Assembly: GCA_964057225.1 (NCBI GenBank)
Contig: OZ059895.1
Location: 21,390,001-21,454,000, forward strand
DNA: 64,000 nt
Direction: 5' to 3'
Source: Auanema rhodensis
Taxonomy: Eukaryota; Animalia; Nematoda
This document shows, piece after piece, positions 25,801 to 40,013 of this stretch (position 1 is its first letter; each line of letters opens with the position of its first letter). A program made the translations under genes and the position numbers. Under the pieces are notes generated by a model that made no database searches, was not told the DNA's origin, and saw only the letters and a list, made by a program, of their open reading frames with translations.

Positions 25801-28800
25801 TTTTTCGTTGAATAACATTGTCCATCGTCTTTGCCTTGAAAAAAGGAATCTAAAAACATCTACTTTTTGCTAAATTATTTTGAAATTTTTCGAAAAAATT
25901 TTTGTCAAAATGTTTTTGGAAGCAATGTTGAGTGTACATGGAAACTCAACATACACTAATGCATCATTTTTCAAACGATCATAACTAATTTTTGTATTAA
26001 GCGTTTCTCAATGTAGTATAGTGCATTCGATGCGGATTTTTAAGCTGCGTCGATCTGTGTTATCAGATTTGCGCTAGCTTAAAAATGCACCGAGATATCA
26101 ACTGATATAAGTTCACACTTATATCCTCGATTTTCACCCTGAAGAATTAATTTTTTCGTTGAATAACATTGTCCATCGTCTTTGCCTTGAAAAACGGAAT
26201 CTAAAAACATCTACTTTTTGCTAAATTATTCTGAAATTTTTCGAAAAAATTTTTGTCAAAATGTTTTTGGAAGCAATGTTGAATGTACATGGAAACTCAA
26301 CATACACTAATGCATCATTTTTCAAACGATCATAACTAATTTTTGTATTAAGCGTTTCTCAATGTAGTATAGTGCATTCGATGCGGATTTTTAAGCTGCG
26401 TCGATCTGTGTTATCAGATTTGCGCTAGCTTAAAAATGCACCGAGATATCAACTGATATAAGTTCACACTTATATCCTCAATTTTCACCCTGAAGAATTA
26501 ATTTTTTCGTTGAATAACATTGTCCATCGTCTTTGCCTTGAAAAAAGGAATCTAAAAACATCTACTTTTTGCTAAATTATTTTGAAATTTTTCGAAAAAA
26601 TTTTTGTCAAAATGTTTTTGGAAGCAATGTTGAGTGTACATGGAAACTCAACATACACTAATGCATCATTTTTCAAACGATCATAACTAATTTTTGTATT
26701 AAGCGTTTCTCAATGTAGTATAGTGCATTCGATGCGGATTTTTAAGCTGCGTCGATCTGTGTTATCAGATTTGCGCTAGCTTAAAAATGCACCGAGATAT
26801 CAACTGATATAAGTTCACACTTATATCCTCGATTTTCACCCTGAAGAATTAATTTTTTCGTTGAATAACATTGTCCATCGTCTTTGCCTTGAAAAAAGGA
26901 ATCTAAAAACATCTACTTTTTGCTAAATTATTTTGAAATTTTTCGAAAAAATTTTTGTCAAAATGTTTTTGGAAGCAATGTTGAGTGTACATGGAAACTC
27001 AACATACACTAATGCATCATTTTTCAAACGATCATAACTAATTTTTGTATTAAGCGTTTCTCAATGTAGTATAGTGCATTCGATGCGGATTTTTAAGCTG
27101 CGTCGATCTGTGTTATCAGATTTGCGCTAGCTTAAAAATGCACCGAGATATCAACTGATATAAGTTCACACTTATATCCTCGATTTTCACCCTGAAGAAC
27201 TAATTTTTTCGTTGAATAACATTGTCCATCGTCTTTGCCTTGAAAAAAGGAATCTAAAAACATCTACTTTTTGCTAAATTATTTTGAAATTTTTCGAAAA
27301 AATTTTTGTCAAAATGTTTTTGGAAGCAATGTTGAGTGTACATGGAAACTCAACATACACTAATGCATCATTTTTCAAACGATCATAACTAATTTTTGTA
27401 TTAAGCGTTTCTCAATGTAGTATAGTGCATTCGATGCGGATTTTTAAGCTGCGTCGATCTGTGTTATCAGATTTGCGCTAGCTTAAAAATGCACCGAGAT
27501 ATCAACTGATATAAGTTCACACTTATATCCTCGATTTTCACCCTGAAGAATTAATTTTTTCGTTGAATAACATTGTCCATCGTCTTTGCCTTGAAAAACG
27601 GAATCTAAAAACATCTACTTTTTGCTAAATTATTTTGAAATTTTTCGAAAAAATTTTTGTCAAAATGTTTTTGGAAGCAATGTTGAGTGTACATGGAAAC
27701 TCAACATACACTAATGCATCATTTTTCAAACGATCATAACTAATTTTTGTATTAAGCGTTTCTCAATGTAGTATAGTGCATTCGATGCGGATTTTTAAGC
27801 TGCGTCGATCTGTGTTATCAGATTTGCGCTAGCTTAAAAATGCACCGAGATATCAACTGATATAAGTTCACACTTATATCCTCAATTTTCACCCTGAAGA
27901 ATTAATTTTTTCGTTGAATAACATTGTCCATCGTCTTTGCCTTGAAAAAAGGAATCTAAAAACATCTACTTTTTGCTAAATTATTTTGAAATTTTTCGAA
28001 AAAATTTTTGTCAAAATGTTTTTGGAAGCAATGTTGAGTGTACATGGAAACTCAACATACACTAATGCATCATTTTTCAAACGATCATAACTAATTTTTG
28101 TATTAAGCGTTTCTCAATGTAGTATAGTGCATTCGATGCGGATTTTTAAGCTGCGTCGATCTGTGTTATCAGATTTGCGCTAGCTTAAAAATGCACCGAG
28201 ATATCAACTGATATAAGTTCACACTTATATCCTCAATTTTCACCCTGAAGAATTAATTTTTTCGTTGAATAACATTGTCCATCGTCTTTGCCTTGAAAAA
28301 AGGAATCTAAAAACATCTACTTTTTGCTAAATTATTTTGAAATTTTTCGAAAAAATTTTTGTCAAAATGTTTTTGGAAGCAATGTTGAGTGTACATGGAA
28401 ACTCAACATACACTAATGCATCATTTTTCAAACGATCATAACTAATTTTTGTATTAAGCGTTTCTCAATGTAGTATAGTGCATTCGATGCGGATTTTTAA
28501 GCTGCGTCGATCTGTGTTATCAGATTTGCGCTAGCTTAAAAATGCACCGAGATATCAACTGATATAAGTTCACACTTATATCCTCGATTTTCACCCTGAA
28601 GAATTAATTTTTTCGTTGAATAACATTGTCCATCGTCTTTGCCTTGAAAAAAGGAATCTAAAAACATCTACTTTTTGCTAAATTATTTTGAAATTTTTCG
28701 AAAAAATTTTTGTCAAAATGTTTTTGGAAGCAATGTTGAGTGTACATGGAAACTCAACATACACTAATGCATCATTTTTCAAACGATCATAACTAATTTT

Positions 28801-29834
28801 TGTATTAAGCGTTTCTCAATGTAGTATAGTGCATTCGATGCGGATTTTTAAGCTGCGTCGATCTGTGTTATCAGATTTGCGCTAGCTTAAAAATGCACCG
28901 AGATATCAACTGATATAAGTTCACACTTATATCCTCGATTTTCACCCTGAAGAATTAATTTTTTCGTTGAATAACATTGTCCATCGTCTTTGCCTTGAAA
29001 AAAGGAATCTAAAAACATCTCCTTTTTGCTAAATTATTTTGGAATTTTTCGAAAAAAGTTTTGTCAAAATGTTTTTGGAAGCAATGTTGAGTGTACATGG
29101 AAACTCAACATACACTAATGCATCATTTTTCAAACGATCATAACTAATTTTTGTATTAAGCGTTTCTCAATGTAGTATAGTGCATTCGATGCGGATTTTT
29201 AAGCTGCGTCGATCTGTGTTATCAGATTTGCGCTAGCTTAAAAATGCACCGAGATATCAACTGATATAAGTTCACACTTATATCCTCGATTTTCACCCTG
29301 AAGAATTGATTTTTTCGTTGAATAACATTGTCCATCGTCTTTGCCTTGAAAAAAGGAATCTAAAAACATCTACTTTTTGCTAAATTATTTTGAAATTTTT
29401 CGAAAAAATTTTTGTCAAAATGTTTTTGGAAGCAATGTTGAGTGTACATGGAAACTCAACATACACTAATGCATCATTTTTCAAACGATCATAACTAATT
29501 TTTGTATTAAGCGTTTCTCAATGTAGTATAGTGCATTCGATGCGGATTTTTAAGCTGCGTCGATCTGTGTTATCAGATTTGCGCTAGCTTAAAAATGCAC
29601 CGAGATATCAACTGATATAAGTTCACACTTATATCCTCGATTTTCACCCTGAAGAATTAATTTTTTCGTTGAATAACATTGTCCATCGTCTTTGCCTTGA
29701 AAAACGGAATCTAAAAACATCTACTTTTTGCTAAATTATTCTGAAATTTTTCGAAAAAATTTTTGTCAAAATGTTTTTGGAAGCAATGTTGAATGTACAT
29801 GGAAACTCAACATACACTAATGCATCATTTTTCA
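22815..29834. repeat. Block duplication about 12 monomers apart (M66-73 ~ M79-85)
   Basis: A222C; run of G156A; near-consensus; type Y (A240C+A261G+T277G); A176G; type Z (A222C+T258C+G310A). A176G is seen only in M72 and M84. Confidence 0.8.
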
Positions 29835-32800
29835 AACGATCATAACTAATTTTTGTATTAAGCGTTTCTCAATGTAGTATAGTGCATTCGATGCGGATTT
29901 TTAAGCTGCGTCGATCTGTGTTATCAGATTTGCGCTAGCTTAAAAATGCACCGAGATATCAACTGATATAAGTTCACACTTATATCCTCAATTTTCACCC
30001 TGAAGAATTAATTTTTTCGTTGAATAACATTGTCCATCGTCTTTGCCTTGAAAAAAGGAATCTAAAAACATCTACTTTTTGCTAAATTATTTTGAAATTT
30101 TTCGAAAAAATTTTTGTCAAAATGTTTTTGGAAGCAATGTTGAGTGTACATGGAAACTCAACATACACTAATGCATCATTTTTCAAACGATCATAACTAA
30201 TTTTTGTATTAAGCGTTTCTCAATGTAGTATAGTGCATTCGATGCGGATTTTTAAGCTGCGTCGATCTGTGTTATCAGATTTGCGCTAGCTTAAAAATGC
30301 ACCGAGATATCAACTGATATAAGTTCACACTTATATCCTCGATTTTCACCCTGAAGAATTAATTTTTTCGTTGAATAACATTGTCCATCGTCTTTGCCTT
30401 GAAAAAAGGAATCTAAAAACATCTACTTTTTGCTAAATTATTCTGAAATTTTTCGAAAAAATTTTTGTCAAAATGTTTTTGGAAGCAATGTTGAATGTAC
30501 ATGGAAACTCAACATACACTAATGCATCATTTTTCAAACGATCATAACTAATTTTTGTATTAAGCGTTTCTCAATGTAGTATAGTGCATTCGATGCGGAT
30601 TTTTAAGCTGCGTCGATCTGTGTTATCAGATTTGCGCTAGCTTAAAAATGCACCGAGATATCAACTGATATAAGTTCACACTTATATCCTCAATTTTCAC
30701 CCTGAAGAATTAATTTTTTCGTTGAATAACATTGTCCATCGTCTTTGCCTTGAAAAAAGGAATCTAAAAACATCTACTTTTTGCTAAATTATTTTGAAAT
30801 TTTTCGAAAAAATTTTTGTCAAAATGTTTTTGGAAGCAATGTTGAGTGTACATGGAAACTCAACATACACTAATGCATCATTTTTCAAACGATCATAACT
30901 AATTTTTGTATTAAGCGTTTCTCAATGTAGTATAGTGCATTCGATGCGGATTTTTAAGCTGCGTCGATCTGTGTTATCAGATTTGCGCTAGCTTAAAAAT
31001 GCACCGAGATATCAACTGATATAAGTTCACACTTATATCCTCGATTTTCACCCTGAAGAATTAATTTTTTCGTTGAATAACATTGTCCATCGTCTTTGCC
31101 TTGAAAAAAGGAATCTAAAAACATCTACTTTTTGCTAAATTATTTTGAAATTTTTCGAAAAAATTTTTGTCAAAATGTTTTTGGAAGCAATGTTGAGTGT
31201 ACATGGAAACTCAACATACACTAATGCATCATTTTTCAAACGATCATAACTAATTTTTGTATTAAGCGTTTCTCAATGTAGTATAGTGCATTCGATGCGG
31301 ATTTTTAAGCTGCGTCGATCTGTGTTATCAGATTTGCGCTAGCTTAAAAATGCACCGAGATATCAACTGATATAAGTTCACACTTATATCCTCGATTTTC
31401 ACCCTGAAGAATTAATTTTTTCGTTGAATAACATTGTCCATCGTCTTTGCCTTGAAAAACGGAATCTAAAAACATCTACTTTTTGCTAAATTATTCTGAA
31501 ATTTTTCGAAAAAATTTTTGTCAAAATGTTTTTGGAAGCAATGTTGAATGTACATGGAAACTCAACATACACTAATGCATCATTTTTCAAACGATCATAA
31601 CTAATTTTTGTATTAAGCGTTTCTCAATGTAGTATAGTGCATTCGATGCGGATTTTTAAGCTGCGTCGATCTGTGTTATCAGATTTGCGCTAGCTTAAAA
31701 ATGCACCGAGATATCAACTGATATAAGTTCACACTTATATCCTCAATTTTCACCCTGAAGAATTAATTTTTTCGTTGAATAACATTGTCCATCGTCTTTG
31801 CCTTGAAAAAAGGAATCTAAAAACATCTACTTTTTGCTAAATTATTTTGAAATTTTTCGAAAAAATTTTTGTCAAAATGTTTTTGGAAGCAATGTTGAGT
31901 GTACATGGAAACTCAACATACACTAATGCATCATTTTTCAAACGATCATAACTTATTTTTGTATTAAGCGTTTCTCAATGTAGTATAGTGCATTCGATGC
32001 GGATTTTTAAGCTGCGTCGATCTGTGTTATCAGATTTGCGCTAGCTTAAAAATGCACCGAGATATCAACTGATATAAGTTCACACTTATATCCTCGATTT
32101 TCACCCTGAAGAATTAATTTTTTCGTTGAATAACATTGTCCATCGTCTTTGCCTTGAAAAAAGGAATCTAAAAACATCTACTTTTTGCTAAATTATTTTG
32201 AAATTTTTCGAAAAAATTTTTGTCAAAATGTTTTTGGAAGCAATGTTGAGTGTACATGGAAACTCAACATACACTAATGCATCATTTTTCAAACGATCAT
32301 AACTAATTTTTGTATTAAGCGTTTCTCAATGTAGTATAGTGCATTCGATGCGGATTTTTAAGCTGCGTCGATCTGTGTTATCAGATTTGCGCTAGCTTAA
32401 AAATGCACCGAGATATCAACTGATATAAGTTCACACTTATATCCTCGATTTTCACCCTGAAGAATTAATTTTTTCGTTGAATAACATTGTCCATCGTCTT
32501 TGCCTTGAAAAAAGGAATCTAAAAACATCTCCTTTTTGCTAAATTATTTTGGAATTTTTCGAAAAAAGTTTTGTCAAAATGTTTTTGGAAGCAATGTTGA
32601 GTGTACATGGAAACTCAACATACACTAATGCATCATTTTTCAAACGATCATAACTAATTTTTGTATTAAGCGTTTCTCAATGTAGTATAGTGCATTCGAT
32701 GCGGATTTTTAAGCTGCGTCGATCTGTGTTATCAGATTTGCGCTAGCTTAAAAATGCACCGAGATATCAACTGATATAAGTTCACACTTATATCCTCGAT

Positions 32801-35800
32801 TTTCACCCTGAAGAATTAATTTTTTCGTTGAATAACATTGTCCATCGTCTTTGCCTTGAAAAACGGAATCTAAAAACATCTACTTTTTGCTAAATTATTC
32901 TGAAATTTTTCGAAAAAATTTTTGTCAAAATGTTTTTGGAAGCAATGTTGAATGTACATGGAAACTCAACATACACTAATGCATCATTTTTCAAACAATC
33001 ATAACTAATTTTTGTATTAAGCGTTTCTCAATGTAGTATAGTGCATTCGATGCGGATTTTTAAGCTGCGTCGATCTGTGTTATCAGATTTGCGCTAGCTT
33101 AAAAATGCACCGAGATATCAACTGATATAAGTTCACACTTATATCCTCAATTTTCACCCTGAAGAATTAATTTTTTCGTTGAATAACATTGTCCATCGTC
33201 TTTGCCTTGAAAAAAGGAATCTAAAAACATCTACTTTTTGCTAAATTATTTTGAAATTTTTCGAAAAAATTTTTGTCAAAATGTTTTTGGAAGCAATGTT
33301 GAGTGTACATGGAAACTCAACATACACTAATGCATCATTTTTCAAACGATCATAACTAATTTTTGTATTAAGCGTTTCTCAATGTAGTATAGTGCATTCG
33401 ATGCGGATTTTTAAGCTGCGTCGATCTGTGTTATCAGATTTGCGCTAGCTTAAAAATGCACCGAGATATCAACTGATATAAGTTCACACTTATATCCTCG
33501 ATTTTCACCCTGAAGAATTAATTTTTTCGTTGAATAACATTGTCCATCGTCTTTGCCTTGAAAAAAGGAATCTAAAAACATCTACTTTTTGCTAAATTAT
33601 TCTGAAATTTTTCGAAAAAATTTTTGTCAAAATGTTTTTGGAAGCAATGTTGAATGTACATGGAAACTCAACATACACTAATGCATCATTTTTCAAACGA
33701 TCATAACTAATTTTTGTATTAAGCGTTTCTCAATGTAGTATAGTGCATTCGATGCGGATTTTTAAGCTGCGTCGATCTGTGTTATCAGATTTGCGCTAGC
33801 TTAAAAATGCACCGAGATATCAACTGATATAAGTTCACACTTATATCCTCAATTTTCACCCTGAAGAATTAATTTTTTCGTTGAATAACATTGTCCATCG
33901 TCTTTGCCTTGAAAAAAGGAATCTAAAAACATCTACTTTTTGCTAAATTATTTTGAAATTTTTCGAAAAAATTTTTGTCAAAATGTTTTTGGAAGCAATG
34001 TTGAGTGTACATGGAAACTCAACATACACTAATGCATCATTTTTCAAACGATCATAACTAATTTTTGTATTAAGCGTTTCTCAATGTAGTATAGTGCATT
34101 CGATGCGGATTTTTAAGCTGCGTCGATCTGTGTTATCAGATTTGCGCTAGCTTAAAAATGCACCGAGATATCAACTGATATAAGTTCACACTTATATCCT
34201 CGATTTTCACCCTGAAGAATTAATTTTTTCGTTGAATAACATTGTCCATCGTCTTTGCCTTGAAAAAAGGAATCTAAAAACATCTACTTTTTGCTAAATT
34301 ATTCTGAAATTTTTCGAAAAAATTTTTGTCAAAATGTTTTTGGAAGCAATGTTGAATGTACATGGAAACTCAACATACACTAATGCATCATTTTTCAAAC
34401 GATCATAACTAATTTTTGTATTAAGCGTTTCTCAATGTAGTATAGTGCATTCGATGCGGATTTTTAAGCTGCGTCGATCTGTGTTATCAGATTTGCGCTA
34501 GCTTAAAAATGCACCGAGATATCAACTGATATAAGTTCACACTTATATCCTCAATTTTCACCCTGAAGAATTAATTTTTTCGTTGAATAACATTGTCCAT
34601 CGTCTTTGCCTTGAAAAAAGGAATCTAAAAACATCTACTTTTTGCTAAATTATTTTGAAATTTTTCGAAAAAATTTTTGTCAAAATGTTTTTGGAAGCAA
34701 TGTTGAGTGTACATGGAAACTCAACATACACTAATGCATCATTTTTCAAACGATCATAACTAATTTTTGTATTAAGCGTTTCTCAATGTAGTATAGTGCA
34801 TTCGATGCGGATTTTTAAGCTGCGTCGATCTGTGTTATCAGATTTGCGCTAGCTTAAAAATGCACCGAGATATCAACTGATATAAGTTCACACTTATATC
34901 CTCGATTTTCACCCTGAAGAATTAATTTTTTCGTTGAATAACATTGTCCATCGTCTTTGCCTTGAAAAAAGGAATCTAAAAACATCTACTTTTTGCTAAA
35001 TTATTTTGAAATTTTTCGAAAAAATTTTTGTCAAAATGTTTTTGGAAGCAATGTTGAGTGTACATGGAAACTCAACATACACTAATGCATCATTTTTCAA
35101 ACGATCATAACTAATTTTTGTATTAAGCGTTTCTCAATGTAGTATAGTGCATTCGATGCGGATTTTTAAGCTGCGTCGATCTGTGTTATCAGATTTGCGC
35201 TAGCTTAAAAATGCACCGAGATATCAACTGATATAAGTTCACACTTATATCCTCGATTTTCACCCTGAAGAATTAATTTTTTCGTTGAATAACATTGTCC
35301 ATCGTCTTTGCCTTGAAAAACGGAATCTAAAAACATCTACTTTTTGCTAAATTATTCTGAAATTTTTCGAAAAAATTTTTGTCAAAATGTTTTTGGAAGC
35401 AATGTTGAATGTACATGGAAACTCAACATACACTAATGCATCATTTTTCAAACGATCATAACTAATTTTTGTATTAAGCGTTTCTCAATGTAGTATAGTG
35501 CATTCGATGCGGATTTTTAAGCTGCGTCGATCTGTGTTATCAGATTTGCGCTAGCTTAAAAATGCACCGAGATATCAACTGATATAAGTTCACACTTATA
35601 TCCTCAATTTTCACCCTGAAGAATTAATTTTTTCGTTGAATAACATTGTCCATCGTCTTTGCCTTGAAAAAAGGAATCTAAAAACATCTACTTTTTGCTA
35701 AATTATTTTGAAATTTTTCGAAAAAATTTTTGTCAAAATGTTTTTGGAAGCAATGTTGAGTGTACATGGAAACTCAACATACACTAATGCATCATTTTTC

Positions 35801-37205
35801 AAACGATCATAACTTATTTTTGTATTAAGCGTTTCTCAATGTAGTATAGTGCATTCGATGCGGATTTTTAAGCTGCGTCGATCTGTGTTATCAGATTTGC
35901 GCTAGCTTAAAAATGCACCGAGATATCAACTGATATAAGTTCACACTTATATCCTCGATTTTCACCCTGAAGAATTAATTTTTTCGTTGAATAACATTGT
36001 CCATCGTCTTTGCCTTGAAAAAAGGAATCTAAAAACATCTACTTTTTGCTAAATTATTTTGAAATTTTTCGAAAAAATTTTTGTCAAAATGTTTTTGGAA
36101 GCAATGTTGAGTGTACATGGAAACTCAACATACACTAATGCATCATTTTTCAAACGATCATAACTAATTTTTGTATTAAGCGTTTCTCAATGTAGTATAG
36201 TGCATTCGATGCGGATTTTTAAGCTGCGTCGATCTGTGTTATCAGATTTGCGCTAGCTTAAAAATGCACCGAGATATCAACTGATATAAGTTCACACTTA
36301 TATCCTCGATTTTCACCCTGAAGAATTAATTTTTTCGTTGAATAACATTGTCCATCGTCTTTGCCTTGAAAAAAGGAATCTAAAAACATCTCCTTTTTGC
36401 TAAATTATTTTGGAATTTTTCGAAAAAAGTTTTGTCAAAATGTTTTTGGAAGCAATGTTGAGTGTACATGGAAACTCAACATACACTAATGCATCATTTT
36501 TCAAACGATCATAACTAATTTTTGTATTAAGCGTTTCTCAATGTAGTATAGTGCATTCGATGCGGATTTTTAAGCTGCGTCGATCTGTGTTATCAGATTT
36601 GCGCTAGCTTAAAAATGCACCGAGATATCAACTGATATAAGTTCACACTTATATCCTCGATTTTCACCCTGAAGAATTAATTTTTTCGTTGAATAACATT
36701 GTCCATCGTCTTTGCCTTGAAAAACGGAATCTAAAAACATCTACTTTTTGCTAAATTATTCTGAAATTTTTCGAAAAAATTTTTGTCAAAATGTTTTTGG
36801 AAGCAATGTTGAATGTACATGGAAACTCAACATACACTAATGCATCATTTTTCAAACAATCATAACTAATTTTTGTATTAAGCGTTTCTCAATGTAGTAT
36901 AGTGCATTCGATGCGGATTTTTAAGCTGCGTCGATCTGTGTTATCAGATTTGCGCTAGCTTAAAAATGCACCGAGATATCAACTGATATAAGTTCACACT
37001 TATATCCTCAATTTTCACCCTGAAGAATTAATTTTTTCGTTGAATAACATTGTCCATCGTCTTTGCCTTGAAAAAAGAAATCTAAAAACATCTACTTTTT
37101 GCTAAATTATTTTGAAATTTTTCGAAAAAATTTTTGTCAAAATGTTTTTGGAAGCAATGTTGAGTGTACATGGAAACTCAACATACACTAATGCATCATT
37201 TTTCA
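29835..37205. repeat. Duplication with 11-monomer period (M86-95 = M97-106, 3861 bp)
   Basis: Same order of ten monomer types, including rare markers A14T (M92, M103) and G4A (M95, M106). Confidence 0.87.
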
Positions 37206-40013
37206 AACGATCATAACTAATTTTTGTATTAAGCGTTTCTCAATGTAGTATAGTGCATTCGATGCGGATTTTTAAGCTGCGTCGATCTGTGTTATCAGAT
37301 TTGCGCTAGCTTAAAAATGCACCGAGATATCAACTGATATAAGTTCACACTTATATCCTCAATTTTCACCCTGAAGAATTAATTTTTTCGTTGAATAACA
37401 TTGTCCATCGTCTTTGCCTTGAAAAAAGGAATCTAAAAACATCTACTTTTTGCTAAATTATTCTGAAATTTTTCGAAAAAATTTTTGTCAAAATGTTTTT
37501 GGAAGCAATGTTGAATGTACATGGAAACTCAACATACACTAATGCATCATTTTTCAAACAATCATAACTAATTTTTGTATTAAGCGTTTCTCAATGTAGT
37601 ATAGTGCATTCGATGCGGATTTTTAAGCTGCGTCGATCTGTGTTATCAGATTTGCGCTAGCTTAAAAATGCACCGAGATATCAACTGATATAAGTTCACA
37701 CTTATATCCTCAATTTTCACCCTGAAGAATTAATTTTTTCGTTGAATAACATTGTCCATCGTCTTTGCCTTGAAAAAAGGAATCTAAAAACATCTACTTT
37801 TTGCTAAATTATTTTGAAATTTTTCGAAAAAATTTTTGTCAAAATGTTTTTGGAAGCAATGTTGAGTGTACATGGAAACTCAACATACACTAATGCATCA
37901 TTTTTCAAACGATCATAACTAATTTTTGTATTAAGCGTTTCTCAATGTAGTATAGTGCATTCGATGCGGATTTTTAAGCTGCGTCGATCTGTGTTATCAG
38001 ATTTGCGCTAGCTTAAAAATGCACCGAGATATCAACTGATATAAGTTCACACTTATATCCTCAATTTTCACCCTGAAGAATTAATTTTTTCGTTGAATAA
38101 CATTGTCCATCGTCTTTGCCTTGAAAAAAGGAATCTAAAAACATCTACTTTTTGCTAAATTATTTTGAAATTTTTCGAAAAAATTTTTGTCAAAATGTTT
38201 TTGGAAGCAATGTTGAGTGTACATGGAAACTCAACATACACTAATGCATCATTTTTCAAACGATCATAACTAATTTTTGTATTAAGCGTTTCTCAATGTA
38301 GTATAGTGCATTCGATGCGGATTTTTAAGCTGCGTCGATCTGTGTTATCAGATTTGCGCTAGCTTAAAAATGCACCGAGATATCAACTGATATAAGTTCA
38401 CACTTATATCCTCGATTTTCACCCTGAAGAATTAATTTTTTCGTTGAATAACATTGTCCATCGTCTTTGCCTTGAAAAAAGGAATCTAAAAACATCTACT
38501 TTTTGCTAAATTATTTTGAAATTTTTCGAAAAAATTTTTGTCAAAATGTTTTTGGAAGCAATGTTGAGTGTACATGGAAACTCAACATACACTAATGCAT
38601 CATTTTTCAAACGATCATAACTAATTTTTGTATTAAGCGTTTCTCAATGTAGTATAGTGCATTCGATGCGGATTTTTAAGCTGCGTCGATCTGTGTTATC
38701 AGATTTGCGCTAGCTTAAAAATGCACCGAGATATCAACTGATATAAGTTCACACTTATATCCTCGATTTTCACCCTGAAGAATTAATTTTTTCGTTGAAT
38801 AACATTGTCCATCGTCTTTGCCTTGAAAAAAGGAATCTAAAAACATCTACTTTTTGCTAAATTATTTTGAAATTTTTCGAAAAAATTTTTGTCAAAATGT
38901 TTTTGGAAGCAATGTTGAGTGTACATGGAAACTCAACATACACTAATGCATCATTTTTCAAACGATCATAACTAATTTTTGTATTAAGCGTTTCTCAATG
39001 TAGTATAGTGCATTCGATGCGGATTTTTAAGCTGCGTCGATCTGTGTTATCAGATTTGCGCTAGCTTAAAAATGCACCGAGATATCAACTGATATAAGTT
39101 CACACTTATATCCTCGATTTTCACCCTGAAGAATTAATTTTTTCGTTGAATAACATTGTCCATCGTCTTTGCCTTGAAAAAAGGAATCTAAAAACATCTC
39201 CTTTTTGCTAAATTATTTTGAAATTTTTCGAAAAAATTTTTGTCAAAATGTTTTTGGAAGCAATGTTGAGTGTACATGGAAACTCAACATACACTAATGC
39301 ATCATTTTTCAAACGATCATAACTAATTTTTGTATTAAGCGTTTCTCAATGTAGTATAGTGCATTCGATGCGGATTTTTAAGCTGCGTCGATCTGTGTTA
39401 TCAGATTTGCGCTAGCTTAAAAATGCACCGAGATATCAACTGATATAAGTTCACACTTATATCCTCGATTTTCACCCTGAAGAATTAATTTTTTCGTTGA
39501 ATAACATTGTCCATCGTCTTTGCCTTGAAAAAAGGAATCTAAAAACATCTCCTTTTTGCTAAATTATTTTGGAATTTTTCGAAAAAAGTTTTGTCAAAAT
39601 GTTTTTGGAAGCAATGTTGAGTGTACATGGAAACTCAACATACACTAATGCATCATTTTTCAAACGATCATAACTAATTTTTGTATTAAGCGTTTCTCAA
39701 TGTAGTATAGTGCATTCGATGCGGATTTTTAAGCTGCGTCGATCTGTGTTATCAGATTTGCGCGAGCTTAAAAATGCACCGAGATATCAACTGATATAAG
39801 TTCACACTTATATCCTCGATTTTCACCCTGAAGAATTAATTTTTTCGTTGAATAACATTGTCCATCGTCTTTGCCTTGAAAAAAGGAATCTAAAAACATC
39901 TACTTTTTGCTAAATTATCTTGAAATTTTTCGAAAAAATTTTTGTCAAAATGTTTTTGGAAGCAATGTTGAGTGTACATGGAAACTCAACATACACTAAT
40001 GCATCATTTTTCA

